Assembly (NCBI GenBank): GCA_964641155.1
Contig: CAZXJO010000001.1
Location: 149,144-213,143, forward strand
DNA: 64,000 bases
Source of the DNA: an uncultured Desulfurococcaceae archaeon
GTDB lineage: Archaea > Thermoproteota > Thermoprotei_A > Sulfolobales > NBVN01
Reading direction: 5' to 3'
In this document: piece after piece, positions 47,195 to 56,937 of the stretch
How the letters are laid out: the number at the start of each line of letters is the position of its first letter
Position numbering within the stretch: position 1 is the stretch's first letter
Program-made: the position numbers and the translations under genes
Notes under the pieces: generated by a model
Databases searched by the model: none
The model's input: the letters and a program-made list of their open reading frames with translations, nothing else
Told to the model about the DNA's origin: nothing

Positions 47195-50152
47195 GTGTTT
47201 AGAAGTTGGGGGTTACCTATTGCTACTGAATATGTCAAATATCTAAATGATGTGTCCCGTAAATGGCAGGACGAGTGGAACAAGCGTAGGATATACGAGT
47301 CAGACCCCGAAAACAGGCCTAAGTTCTTCATAACTGCTGCCTTCATGTACCCTAACTCACCAGCGCACATAGGTCATGCCAGAGTTTACCTGATAGCAGA
47401 TGTCCTAGCTAGATACGCAAGGATGTTAGGATTCAACACCCTGTACCCGATGGGTTTTCACTACACTGGGACCCCGATACTTGCGATGTCAGAGTCCATA
47501 GCCAAGGGAGATGCAACACTTATAAAGGAATTGGAGGAACTCTATGGACTAACCCCTGAAGACATCGCATTGCTTAGAGATCCCCTGCAGCTGGCCAGGT
47601 ACTTCCACAGAAGGTCTAAGAAATCGATGATGGACTTCGGCCTAGGAATAGATTGGCGCAGAGAGTTCACGACTGTGGACCCCGAATTCCAATCGTTTAT
47701 TAGATGGCAGTTTGAGAAGCTGAGGGAGAAGAACTTCATTGAGAGGGGTTCCCACCCAGTTGGTTGGTGCCCCAATCACCAAATGCCTGTCGGCATGCAT
47801 GACACTAAGGATGATGTGGAGCCGGAGATAGGTGAGGTCACCGTAATAAATTTCATCGACTCCTCAGGGAAGGGCGTACTCTACCCGGTGGCTACGTTAA
47901 GACCGGAGACAGTTTTAGGAGTTACCAACCTTTGGGTTAGGGCTGACTCAGATTACTGCAGGTGCGAGGTATCATACAGCGATGGACGTAAGTACTCGTT
48001 GATCCTCTCATGTGATGCTGCTGAGAAAATATCATATCAGATGAGGGTTGAAATCGTTGAAAGGTTTAAGGGGTCCGAGCTAGTTGGTAGGGAAGCCGTG
48101 AACCCTCTAAGTGGGCTTAAAGTCCCTATCCTGAAGGCAGACTTCGTCGACCCTAAGTTCGGTACTGGTCTAGTCATGAGCGTTCCCGCGCACGCTCCGT
48201 ACGACTACGTCGCGTTGATGGACCACTCTGAGAAAGAAGGTGTGTCGATGCCTCCACCAATTCCTTTAATAACGCTTCAGGGATATTCCGAGGTACCTGC
48301 CAGGGACGTCGTAAACAAGCTAGGTATTAGGTCTCAAAAAGATGTTGAGTTACTTGAGAAAGCTACTAAGGAAATATACCTGGGCGAGTTCGCAAATGGT
48401 GTTATGAGGGATGATTTACAGAAGTTAGTCGCCGATGAGGTCATCCCTGGGAGTAGGGAGTTCGTAGGGAGAGAGGTCTGCGGTGCTCCAGTACCTAAGG
48501 CCAGGGAACGCATTAGGAAGTTCTTAGGGGACAACGGCTACGCTTTATCCATTTACGAAGTTATGAACAGACCCGTCTACTGCAGATGTGGGACTGAAAT
48601 AGTGGTTAAGGTCCTAGAAAATCAGTGGTTCATAAATTACGGGGACATCAACTGGAAGAAGTTAGCTTTAGAGGCCCTTAGCAATATGAAGTTAACGCCT
48701 GAGGAAACCAGGAAACAATACGAGGCGACTGTTGAGTGGTTGCAGAGGAAGGCGTGTGCTAGGAGTAGGGGTTTGGGAACAGAACTTCCTTGGGAGAAGG
48801 GCTGGATCATTGAAAGCCTGAGCGACTCAACAATCTACATGGCCTTCTACACGGTGATAAATAAGATCCGGGAGTACTCAATACCGTCCACCAGCCTGGT
48901 TAAGGAATTCTGGGACTACGTACTCCTAGGTGTTGGGGATGTTAAGGAGCTCAGCGATAAGCTTAAGATCCCTGAAGAACGTCTAAGAAGTATTCGGGAT
49001 GAATTCACCTACTGGTACCCTCTCGATGTTAGGTGCAGTGGTAAGGACTTGATACCGAACCACTTGACGTTCTTCATATTTAACCACGTTGCAATATTTC
49101 CGAAAGAGTTCTGGCCCAAGTCCATCGTCGTTAACGGCTGGGTTTTAAGGGAGGGTGAGAAGATGAGTAAGTCTAAGAGGAACATATTGACCTTAGAGGA
49201 AGCTATACGTAGGTACTCACCGGACGGTCTTAGGGCATCTTTAATGCTGTCAGCGGAGATCGACCAGGATTTGGATTTTAGGGAGGATTACGCGTACTCA
49301 GTTGTTGAACACATAAAGAACATAGAGTCCCTGATCGTTAAGGTGTACAGCAATGTCAATCGTTCCACGATTGGAGTCATGGATAGGTGGTTGATGAGCA
49401 GGCTGCAGAGACATATTAAGGAGGTTACAGAGGACTTGAACAACGTCAGGCTTAGGTCAGCTGCTGTGAGGATTTTCTACCTCATGTACCAGGACCTCAT
49501 AGACTACATCAGCATCTCGGAGAACTCATTATCGAACGTGGTTGTCGAGTACGTGAAGTCTTGGATAAAGATGATGGCGCCGTACGTGCCCCACATAGCA
49601 GAGGAATTGTGGCATCGCATAGGTAATAACACGCTGGTGGTCAATGAGCGCTGGCCTACATACATGGAAAACGAAGTTGATGTTGAGGCGGAACTATCAG
49701 TTGAGTTTGTGAAGACGTTGATAAACGATGTGAGGGAGATAGGCAGGCTTGTGAAGGAAGGTAAGGTGCTCTACTTATACGTAACCAGTAAGGAGAGGTA
49801 CGCCGACCTGATCAATGTGTTGAGGTACGTAGCTGAAGGCAGGTCGTTGAACGACATAATCAAGGACCTCAGTAAGGCTATAAGCCCTAAAGAATTAAGT
49901 GAGAGGGTTAGGAAGATTAAGAGGTTGTATGAGCTCGCAATCTCCTTAAGACCTGAGGTAAGGGAGCTTATAATGTCTTCAGGAGGTGTGGATGAGGGCT
50001 ACGTTGTTAATTCATTAGCTAACTATATTAAGGCATCACTAAACGTTAATGAATTACATACCTATTACACAGATGACGTTAATGCCCCAGACCTCGGCGG
50101 TAAGAAGCGTTTAGCACTGCCCTTCAAGCCCGGCATATACGTAAGTTCCTAA
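47195..50152 (+). CDS. leuS: leucyl-tRNA synthetase
   Basis: KWQDEWN N-terminus, HIGH variant PAHIGHARVY, KMSKS (EKMSKSKRN), and a CP1 editing domain. GTG start; the exact start is uncertain. Confidence 0.95.
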   Translation: MFRSWGLPIATEYVKYLNDVSRKWQDEWNKRRIYESDPENRPKFFITAAFMYPNSPAHIGHARVYLIADVLARYARMLGFNTLYPMGFHYTGTPILAMSESIAKGDATLIKELEELYGLTPEDIALLRDPLQLARYFHRRSKKSMMDFGLGIDWRREFTTVDPEFQSFIRWQFEKLREKNFIERGSHPVGWCPNHQMPVGMHDTKDDVEPEIGEVTVINFIDSSGKGVLYPVATLRPETVLGVTNLWVRADSDYCRCEVSYSDGRKYSLILSCDAAEKISYQMRVEIVERFKGSELVGREAVNPLSGLKVPILKADFVDPKFGTGLVMSVPAHAPYDYVALMDHSEKEGVSMPPPIPLITLQGYSEVPARDVVNKLGIRSQKDVELLEKATKEIYLGEFANGVMRDDLQKLVADEVIPGSREFVGREVCGAPVPKARERIRKFLGDNGYALSIYEVMNRPVYCRCGTEIVVKVLENQWFINYGDINWKKLALEALSNMKLTPEETRKQYEATVEWLQRKACARSRGLGTELPWEKGWIIESLSDSTIYMAFYTVINKIREYSIPSTSLVKEFWDYVLLGVGDVKELSDKLKIPEERLRSIRDEFTYWYPLDVRCSGKDLIPNHLTFFIFNHVAIFPKEFWPKSIVVNGWVLREGEKMSKSKRNILTLEEAIRRYSPDGLRASLMLSAEIDQDLDFREDYAYSVVEHIKNIESLIVKVYSNVNRSTIGVMDRWLMSRLQRHIKEVTEDLNNVRLRSAAVRIFYLMYQDLIDYISISENSLSNVVVEYVKSWIKMMAPYVPHIAEELWHRIGNNTLVVNERWPTYMENEVDVEAELSVEFVKTLINDVREIGRLVKEGKVLYLYVTSKERYADLINVLRYVAEGRSLNDIIKDLSKAISPKELSERVRKIKRLYELAISLRPEVRELIMSSGGVDEGYVVNSLANYIKASLNVNELHTYYTDDVNAPDLGGKKRLALPFKPGIYVSS

Positions 50153-50180
50153 CATACCGCAACAGCAATGCAACGTCCCG

Positions 50181-50370
50181 TTCTGGTTTGGCGTTAACTT
50201 TCATCCCTCCCCTCCTCGTCTCATGGGAAGGCCTCCCCGAGAACTCATGAAGCCCACACCCAGACCTAACCCCCCCACATACAGGACACAGCCATGAGGC
50301 ACATCCAAGAACAAACACCACGACAGCAAACAAACTCCACACAACACAGAAACAACCCCATAACCCCAAT
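50181..50370 (-). repeat. Copy C (decayed) of the 4-member intergenic element
   Basis: TTCTGGTTTGGCGTTAACTTTCATCCCTCC..TCTCATGGGAAGGCCTCC aligns with copies A and B. The distal half is recognisable but drifted (AAACAAACTCCACACAACACAGAAACAAC against AAATAAGCTTTACACCATTACGGAAACGAC), which destroys the TATA-like box. Confidence 0.5.
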
Positions 50371-50475
50371 GTAAGGTGTTGAAGAATGGCTCAAGTTAGC
50401 GCGTGATTTTATACTAAAAGCTTATAAACTCACCCCTAACATCATAACTGAGTAACCAGTAAGGAGATAGATAAG

Positions 50476-50781
50476 GTGTTAGGCATGGCTCAGTCAGGTC
50501 CGATCTCAAGTAATGTGGTACTGGTTGGTAAGAAACCTGTGATGAACTACGTACTAGCAACTCTAACATTACTAAACCAAGGCGTTGATGAGGTGCTAAT
50601 AAAGGCTAGAGGCAGGGCAATTAGCAAGGCTGTCGACGCAGTTGAAATCGTTAGGAGTAGATTCCTGCCGGACAGAGTCTTAGTCAAGGACATAAAGGTT
50701 GGGAGTCAAGTAGTGACTGCTCAGAACGGAAAGCAGACTAGAGTGTCAACCATCGAGATCTTAATATCTAAGAAAGACTAA
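50476..50781 (+). CDS. albA: chromatin protein Alba
   Basis: [51 protein letters not shown] is the Alba/Sso10b signature. The start is GTG 50476 or ATG 50485. Confidence 0.92.
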   Translation: MLGMAQSGPISSNVVLVGKKPVMNYVLATLTLLNQGVDEVLIKARGRAISKAVDAVEIVRSRFLPDRVLVKDIKVGSQVVTAQNGKQTRVSTIEILISKKD

Positions 50782-50826
50782 CAAAACACTAACCAACCAT
50801 TGTAAACAAAAATAGCTAACAAACAT

Positions 50827-50845
50827 TTCAAAACGTTTTTTGTTG
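50827..50845 (+). terminator. T-run (CAAAACGTTTTTTG) downstream of alba
   Basis: A palindromic CAAAACG/CGTTTTTTG containing a T6 run, about 55 nt after the alba stop. Confidence 0.4.
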
Positions 50846-50931
50846 GCTTAACCGTTTTCAAGGTGTATAATTCGTTAATCTAACCATACTAATATAAGCG
50901 CATACAGAGGGGTTTTAGCTGGTGTTAGCTG

Positions 50932-51612
50932 TTGGGGCCATTGATACGTAGGCTCGGTACTTTGGGCAGACCACTTCTTCAAATAGCTATGGACTTCGTA
51001 ACTTTAGATGAGGCGGTGAAACTTGTTAAGAAACTTGAAGGCTTGGACGTCGACGTGTTTGAAGTCGGAACTCCTTTAATTAAGTCTGAAGGCATCCGAG
51101 CTGTGAGGATTGTGAAGGCGTTAGCCTGCAACTCAGTTGTACTAGCTGATATGAAGACTGCTGACACCGGTGGCTTAGAAACCAGGTTAGCTGCTGAGAA
51201 CGGTGCTGACGCCATATCAGTCCTAGCCAGCGCTAACAACGAAGTAATTACATCAGCTTTGAGGGAGGCTGAGTCTTCAGGCATAGACGTCGTGGTTGAC
51301 ACCATAGGCAGGCTGAACACCTTAGACGTCATCAGGGAAGTGGTCCCGCTCGGGGTCCGAGTCGTTAACATTCACTTAGCCATTGACGTACAGATAGCCA
51401 GTGGTAAGACCATAGCAGACGTCCTAGACGTCGTAAAGGATGTGAAGAACTCATACAGCAACTTAATCATATCAGCATCTGGGGGTGTAAGACCTCACCA
51501 CGTGAGGGACTTAGTGAAGGGCGGGGTCGATATAATCGTAATGGGTTCCGCAGTAACTAAGGCGGCCAGCCCAGCTGATGTCGTTAAGGAAGCTCTTAAG
51601 TACGTAAAGTGA
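50932..51612 (+). CDS. 3-hexulose-6-phosphate synthase (OMP-decarboxylase superfamily)
   Basis: LLQIAMDF, EVGTPLIKSEGIRAVR, ADMKTADTGGLE and ENGADAISVLA match the HPS pattern (LQvAlD, GTPLIK.eG, aDmKt.DtG). TTG start. Confidence 0.7.
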   Translation: MGPLIRRLGTLGRPLLQIAMDFVTLDEAVKLVKKLEGLDVDVFEVGTPLIKSEGIRAVRIVKALACNSVVLADMKTADTGGLETRLAAENGADAISVLASANNEVITSALREAESSGIDVVVDTIGRLNTLDVIREVVPLGVRVVNIHLAIDVQIASGKTIADVLDVVKDVKNSYSNLIISASGGVRPHHVRDLVKGGVDIIVMGSAVTKAASPADVVKEALKYVK

Positions 51613-51818
51613 TGTCTAAAGTTCTTTAAAAGTGCTTAGGTCATTGCGTGGGTTTCTCATCAGTTATCAGCGCTTATATACCTAATTCATCCCATGCTTT
51701 CCTAGTATATAAAATCCTTAAAAATGCATAATAATGTGAAAGGTGGTTACGTATCCAGTTCTACGGTGGGAGGAGGTACTGGGGCCTGAGGCTGAGGATC
51801 GAAGCTGTTGAGGCCCTA

Positions 51819-52433
51819 ATGGCTTATAAGGAAGTGTTCTCCTACGAAGAGCTTTCGAATAAGTTGGGCATACATGCATCAATGCTTTGTAGATATGCCC
51901 AAGGCCTGGCAGTACCCAACGAGCAAAACGTGAGGAAAGTTATTAACTCGCTGCTAAGTAAGGAATCCGTTAAGGAATACCTGTACAGGTACCTGAGTAA
52001 GAGCGGTTGGGACCTCCCCAAAGCACTCTCGAACCACAAAGTTTTGAACCTCTTAAGCCTCTACACATCAAATAAAATGCTGAGTAACTTGGCAGGCAGC
52101 GGGCTTAAGCTACTCATCTCCTTGCCCGGCGCGTCTGCACTGATCACCTCGTTGACAGCCATTAGGTTAGGCCTACCCATATACTTAATACATCGCACAG
52201 GTGTTGAGCCACCAACTGATTCTGTCAGCGGCTATGAGAGCGTCCCAGCACGTAGGGGGGACTACGTTGCAGCTATCGTTGACATGCTCACCTTGGAGAA
52301 CTTAAACGTTATTGTGGAATACCTTAACAGACATGATTTAGTCCTCAAGTGTTTGATTACCATAGTGCTCGTTGATAAAGCGTTAGAAAAAGCTGTGGGC
52401 AACCTCACACTCTTCGATTACTTAATCCCTTAA
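51819..52433 (+). CDS. HTH plus phosphoribosyltransferase-like regulator (tentative)
   Basis: N-terminal YEELSNKLGIHASMLCRYAQGLAVP HTH. The C-half has a PRTase-like layout (GDYVAAIVDMLT). The start may lie upstream. Confidence 0.45.
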   Translation: MAYKEVFSYEELSNKLGIHASMLCRYAQGLAVPNEQNVRKVINSLLSKESVKEYLYRYLSKSGWDLPKALSNHKVLNLLSLYTSNKMLSNLAGSGLKLLISLPGASALITSLTAIRLGLPIYLIHRTGVEPPTDSVSGYESVPARRGDYVAAIVDMLTLENLNVIVEYLNRHDLVLKCLITIVLVDKALEKAVGNLTLFDYLIP

Positions 52434-52462
52434 GATCTGGACCAATATTTCACACGCATTTC

Positions 52463-53755
52463 CTAGATTAGTTTGGACTTACCCGCATATCTTGCCTCTT
52501 CACCCAACCAGTACTCAATTCTTAGGAGTTCATTGTACTTCGCAGTTCTCTCACCCCTTGCCGGTGCTCCAGTCTTTATAAGGCCTGTCTCATAAGCCAC
52601 GCTTATATGCGCTATAGCGTTATCCTCCGTCTCACCGCTTCTGTGACTTATTATTGCTTTCCTACCGGAACTCATGAGCATTTTAATGCAGTCCTCGCTT
52701 TCCGCCAGCGTCCCGACCTGATTAATCTTAATTATACATCCATCAATAGAGTTAGACGCTAACGCCTTCTTAATCCTCTCAACATTAGTCACCGTTAAAT
52801 CATCACCTATCAGCAAGACACGCCCTCTAACCGCATTACGTAATTCTGAGAACTCCTCAAACCCTTCCTCATGGAACGGATCTTCAATGATCTTTATCGG
52901 GTATATGTCTACGAGCTCCCCGTAGAATTCGACCATGTCGGAGCTACTTAGCTCTTTGCCGTCCACCTTATAAACACCTTTATCTGCGTCATATATCTGT
53001 GAGGCAGCAACGTCTAACGCTAAGAACACGTCCGCTTCCTCAGAATATCCGGCCCGCCTAACAGAACTCACTAAAGCTTCCAAAGCCTCCGTTACCTTCC
53101 TCATAGGAGGTGCGTAACCTCCCTCATCACCCACATTAATCGCTGAAGGCCCGTACCTCTCCTTGAGGTACTTCCTGAGCTCCTTATAGATCTCAACGGC
53201 CACACGCAACGCCTCTGAGAACTTATCAGCCCCCACAGGCAATATCATGAATTCCTGGAAAGATAGTTCGTTACCGGCATGCGCTCCGCCGTTGATCAAA
53301 TTCATTAGAGGTGTGGGGAGTAAGTTAGCTTTAAACCCACCCAAGAACTGGAAGAGGGGCACACCTAAAGTATCTGCTGCCGCTTTTACGTTAGCTAATG
53401 ACGTGGCAGTTAACGAGTTAGCTCCCAACCTGGATTTGTTGGGGGTGCCGTCAAGCTCCACTAACTTCCTGTCCACATATCTATACATGCTTGAGTCCAG
53501 TCCCTTAATCGCGGGAGCTATGACTTTATTAACGTTCTCAACAGCCCTTAAAACGCCCTTACCCCCATACCTCTTACCGCCATCCCTCAACTCCAATGAC
53601 TCGTAACTCCCTCTGGAAGCGCCCGACGGCGCAGCCGCCCTCCCAACACCCCCTCCCTCAGTCACAACAACTACCTCGACGGTGGGGTCACCCCTAGAAT
53701 CAATTATCTGCAATGCGTACACATCGCTTATACTGAACGCGGACACCGCACACAC
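52463..53755 (-). CDS. eno: enolase
   Basis: ALQIIDSRGDPTVEV, SGASRGSYES, active-site regions DDLTVTN and SHRSGETED, and KYNELLRIE. I trimmed the start to GTG 53755 because a TATA box (ATTTATATA on the minus strand, about 53779-53787) lies inside the longer ORF. Confidence 0.92.
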   Translation of the reverse strand: MCAVSAFSISDVYALQIIDSRGDPTVEVVVVTEGGGVGRAAAPSGASRGSYESLELRDGGKRYGGKGVLRAVENVNKVIAPAIKGLDSSMYRYVDRKLVELDGTPNKSRLGANSLTATSLANVKAAADTLGVPLFQFLGGFKANLLPTPLMNLINGGAHAGNELSFQEFMILPVGADKFSEALRVAVEIYKELRKYLKERYGPSAINVGDEGGYAPPMRKVTEALEALVSSVRRAGYSEEADVFLALDVAASQIYDADKGVYKVDGKELSSSDMVEFYGELVDIYPIKIIEDPFHEEGFEEFSELRNAVRGRVLLIGDDLTVTNVERIKKALASNSIDGCIIKINQVGTLAESEDCIKMLMSSGRKAIISHRSGETEDNAIAHISVAYETGLIKTGAPARGERTAKYNELLRIEYWLGEEARYAGKSKLI

Positions 53756-54036
53756 CAAACCATAAGTCAATTGTACAATATATAAATATGAACGCATGTG
53801 GGGGACGTGGTTAAGCAATCAGCCACCGCATCACTGGCTGGAGTCACGCATCCCCCACAATTAAAGGTTATGAAGTAAAGAAAGTTTAAAACACATATCT
53901 TAAGCTACCCTCACACCATGATTACACAACACGTCAGGACGGAACGATGTGGGGGGTCGCGGCGCTTGACGCGTGATGGATGGAAATCAATTGGTAAGAA
54001 CGTGTAAAGTTAAATAACTTCGAACCCGTAATAAAC

Positions 54037-54097
54037 GCGGAATGATGTCAACGATGGGCGATCTGATTATTGATGAATCACTGCAGCACTGAACCGG
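54037..54097 (+). ncRNA. candidate C/D-box sRNA
   Basis: C ATGATGT (54042-48), 14-nt spacer, D' CTGA (54063-66), spacer TTA, C' TTGATGA (54070-76), 12-nt spacer, D CTGA (54089-92). Flanking CGG/CCG complement. A TATA-like AAGTTAAATAA at 54008-54018 lies about 20-25 nt upstream. Confidence 0.5.
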
Positions 54098-54420
54098 CTT
54101 ACCGGCTAGTCAGCCCTAAACCCTTGCCACTTTCAATTAAAATCAACATAGTTTAAACCATAGACTTCAGTGTTAAATGGTTTGAGCCGTTGCTATGTCC
54201 CCAGGGTTCATGAATATGTGTTATGAAGCTACTCTACTTCTGTGTGGAGTGTAAGGAGACAGTATGTGGTTTAAGATAGGGGCATAGTAGCCGTTAAAAC
54301 CCTTCAGCTGGACAGAAGCACCGTCTTCGATCCTCCGCGACGGAAGTCCCACGGAATAGGAAGGAAGGAGTGGAAGTCAACGATAGAATGGAACGAATGC
54401 GGTACGCTTAAGCTATCGGC

Positions 54421-55599
54421 TTACTGCCTCTTACGCTTCTTTTCCTTTTCCTTGACGTCCCCAGCGGTCTCTATGGGCACCACCTTAACCCCGACGCCTA
54501 ATAACCTCTTAACAACGCTGTCTAGGTACCTTATATATGATCCTCTCTGGCCCATGAACGGGCCTAGCACGTCATCAGATATTTTCACGACCAAGTACGC
54601 GCCGACGAAGTCTACGTCCTTGACCCTCTTCCAAACCCATGAAATCGGGTGGAGTGCTCTGATGAGCTGCGTGAAGTCTAAAGTCAGTTCCACTACCCTG
54701 ATCTTCTTATTTAAATCCTTCTCCATGGCGTTAATCCTCTCACCTCCCTTCCCTACCAACCTGCCCAGGTGGCCTTGCTTAACAATTACGAGTAGACTTG
54801 GCACATGCTCCGATGAGAGCTCGTACTTCTTAATGATGTCATCTAACTCAACTATGGTTACTATGTCAGCATCCGGTGCGTGGGCTCTGACAACCTCCAA
54901 TGACTTAGCCTCATTCTCACTTAGGCTACGGCTCCTCATGAGGTACTCTATAGCTAGCTTAATACCCCTCTTAGCCCCTGCCCTTACGATATCCTTAATA
55001 CCCAAGTCAACTACTTTGGCCTTAGACTCACTTGCCAGCACATCCCTAAGCAATGACATGGGGTCCTGGAGGCCCCTACCTCTCAGTGATTGGAATATGG
55101 GGTCAGCAGCAACTATCAACCTACTGTTCCTCCCAACCCTCAAAATAACTTCGATCAGCGACTCTATCTTAACCGATTGTGCGTCATCTATGAATACTAA
55201 GGAGTCGTCGAAGGTCCTGCCCTTGAGGTAATGGGTGTCCACGAAGACCAGCTTCCCCTCACTCATTAACTTAGCTATGGCGTCCCACGAGATGAACGCT
55301 CCCAACACATCAACCACGTACGACTTAATCAGCTCCACGTACTGGGGTCCGGCCCTAGCCAGCGTCAACTCCTCCCCAGTCGTAACGTCTATTAGGGGCT
55401 TCACCACCACTAATTTCTTAAACTTACCCTCCTCTAAGGAATCTATGCCGTAGGCAAGGCTAAACAACGACTTCCCACTTCCCGTAGGTCCGAAAATACC
55501 AACTATTTCATACTCACCGTTACTTAATGCGTTGACCAGGTCTTCCTGACCAGACGTCAACGGCTTAATAGTATGCAGTAACTTCAACCGCATCACCAT
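54421..55599 (-). CDS. PhoH-like P-loop ATPase with C-terminal KH domain(s)
   Basis: GIFGPTGSGKSLFS Walker A, Walker B-like LVFIDDAQS, the KH GxxG motif LVGKGGERINAMEKDL, and a basic tail KEKEKKRKRQ. Confidence 0.7.
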   Translation of the reverse strand: MVMRLKLLHTIKPLTSGQEDLVNALSNGEYEIVGIFGPTGSGKSLFSLAYGIDSLEEGKFKKLVVVKPLIDVTTGEELTLARAGPQYVELIKSYVVDVLGAFISWDAIAKLMSEGKLVFVDTHYLKGRTFDDSLVFIDDAQSVKIESLIEVILRVGRNSRLIVAADPIFQSLRGRGLQDPMSLLRDVLASESKAKVVDLGIKDIVRAGAKRGIKLAIEYLMRSRSLSENEAKSLEVVRAHAPDADIVTIVELDDIIKKYELSSEHVPSLLVIVKQGHLGRLVGKGGERINAMEKDLNKKIRVVELTLDFTQLIRALHPISWVWKRVKDVDFVGAYLVVKISDDVLGPFMGQRGSYIRYLDSVVKRLLGVGVKVVPIETAGDVKEKEKKRKRQ

Positions 55600-55735
55600 T
55601 ACTACATAGGGCGTTGGGCTAAAAACTTTTTAAACCTTCCCTTAGCTACTGGGAGCCCTGAAGATATTTTAGCGGCGTCCCTAATGCATCATAGTATTTA
55701 AGCGTCAAACACCACATACGGATCGGTGTTTAAGT

Positions 55736-56908
55736 TTGGTTGAGGGTAAATTAACTACGGTTTCAGTTATTAAAGCTGATATCGGTTCATTAGCTGGGCA
55801 TCATGTCGTCCACCCAGACACCTTAGCTGCCGCTACTAAGATTTTAGCTGAGGCGAAGATTAGGGGTTTAATAGAGGACTTCTACGTGACCAATGCGGGA
55901 GATGATTTAGAGCTCATAATGACCCACCGTAAGGGGGTTGACTCACCTGAGGTGCACGGCATTGCCTGGGAGGCATTCAAGGAAGCTGCTAAGGTATCTA
56001 AGGAGTTAGGCCTGTACGCCGCAGGTCAGGACTTATTGAGCGATGCGTTTTCAGGCAATGTCAGGGGGCTGGGACCTGGGGTGGCTGAGATGGAGTTCTT
56101 GGAGAGGCCTTCAGAACCTATAGTCGTATTCATGGCTGATAAGACGGAGCCCGGGGCATTCAATCTACCCATGTTCAAGATATTCGCAGACCCCTTCAAC
56201 ACAGCTGGCCTGGTAGTGGATCCCAAGTTGCATGATGGATTCAAGTTCGAGGTCTTCGACGTCTTCGAGGGCAGGAGCGTGGAGCTCTTCCTCCCTGAGG
56301 AGACGTACGACCTGCTAGCAATTATAGGAACTACGGGTAGGTACATCGTCAGGAGGGTCCGGAGGAAGAAGGACGACGAGATAGCGGCCGTCGTTAGTGT
56401 GGAGAGGTTGAGCCTCATGGCCGGTAGGTACGTGGGTAAAGACGACCCCGTAGCTATTGTTAGGGCTCAGTCAGGGTTCCCAGCAGTCGGCGAGATACTG
56501 GAACCTTTCGCAACACCGCACTTGGTTGCCGGTTGGATGAGGGGATCGCACTACGGGCCCATCATGCCAGTACCCCTGAGGTACTCTAAATGCACTAGGT
56601 TTGACGGGCCCCCGAGGGTCATAGCGTTAGGCTTCCAGGTTAAGAACGCAAAACTCGTAGGTCCTGCAGACCTCTTCGACGACCCAGCCTTCGACAACAG
56701 TAGGAGGACCGCTGAAATAGTCGCTGATTACATAAGGAGGATGGGGCCGTTCATGCCGCATAGGTTGGGTCCTGAGGAAATGGAGTACACGACGCTGCCC
56801 GAAGTCCTTGAAAGACTTAAGGGCAGGTTTAAAGTCGTTGCAGGGGAGCCTAAAGCTAAGAAGCCTAAGGTGGAGTCAGAGCTCCTTAGTACCCACACCT
56901 CAGAGTAG
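55736..56908 (+). CDS. fbp: bifunctional fructose-1,6-bisphosphate aldolase/phosphatase (class V FBPase)
   Basis: VSVIKADIGSLAGHHVVHP, THRKGVDSPEVH, GAFNLPM, GWMRGSHYGPIMPV. TTG start. Confidence 0.95.
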   Translation: MVEGKLTTVSVIKADIGSLAGHHVVHPDTLAAATKILAEAKIRGLIEDFYVTNAGDDLELIMTHRKGVDSPEVHGIAWEAFKEAAKVSKELGLYAAGQDLLSDAFSGNVRGLGPGVAEMEFLERPSEPIVVFMADKTEPGAFNLPMFKIFADPFNTAGLVVDPKLHDGFKFEVFDVFEGRSVELFLPEETYDLLAIIGTTGRYIVRRVRRKKDDEIAAVVSVERLSLMAGRYVGKDDPVAIVRAQSGFPAVGEILEPFATPHLVAGWMRGSHYGPIMPVPLRYSKCTRFDGPPRVIALGFQVKNAKLVGPADLFDDPAFDNSRRTAEIVADYIRRMGPFMPHRLGPEEMEYTTLPEVLERLKGRFKVVAGEPKAKKPKVESELLSTHTSE

Positions 56909-56937
56909 GGTTAAACAGTTTTTCCCATGGTGTTATA

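Noticed and set aside
50124-50369. 81-aa minus-strand ORF (Cys/Gly/Val-rich)
   Set aside because: It is generated by the G-rich strand of decayed repeat copy C. It overlaps the leuS 3' end, has no promoter-like box, and no conserved frame is shared with the other copies.
54311-54349. ACAGAAGCACCG and GGAAGTCC motifs reminiscent of RNase P RNA CR-IV/V and CR-I
   Set aside because: The order on the strand is the reverse of RNase P RNA (CR-I should be 5'). No complementary P4 partner for GAAGTCC was found, and the motifs are short.
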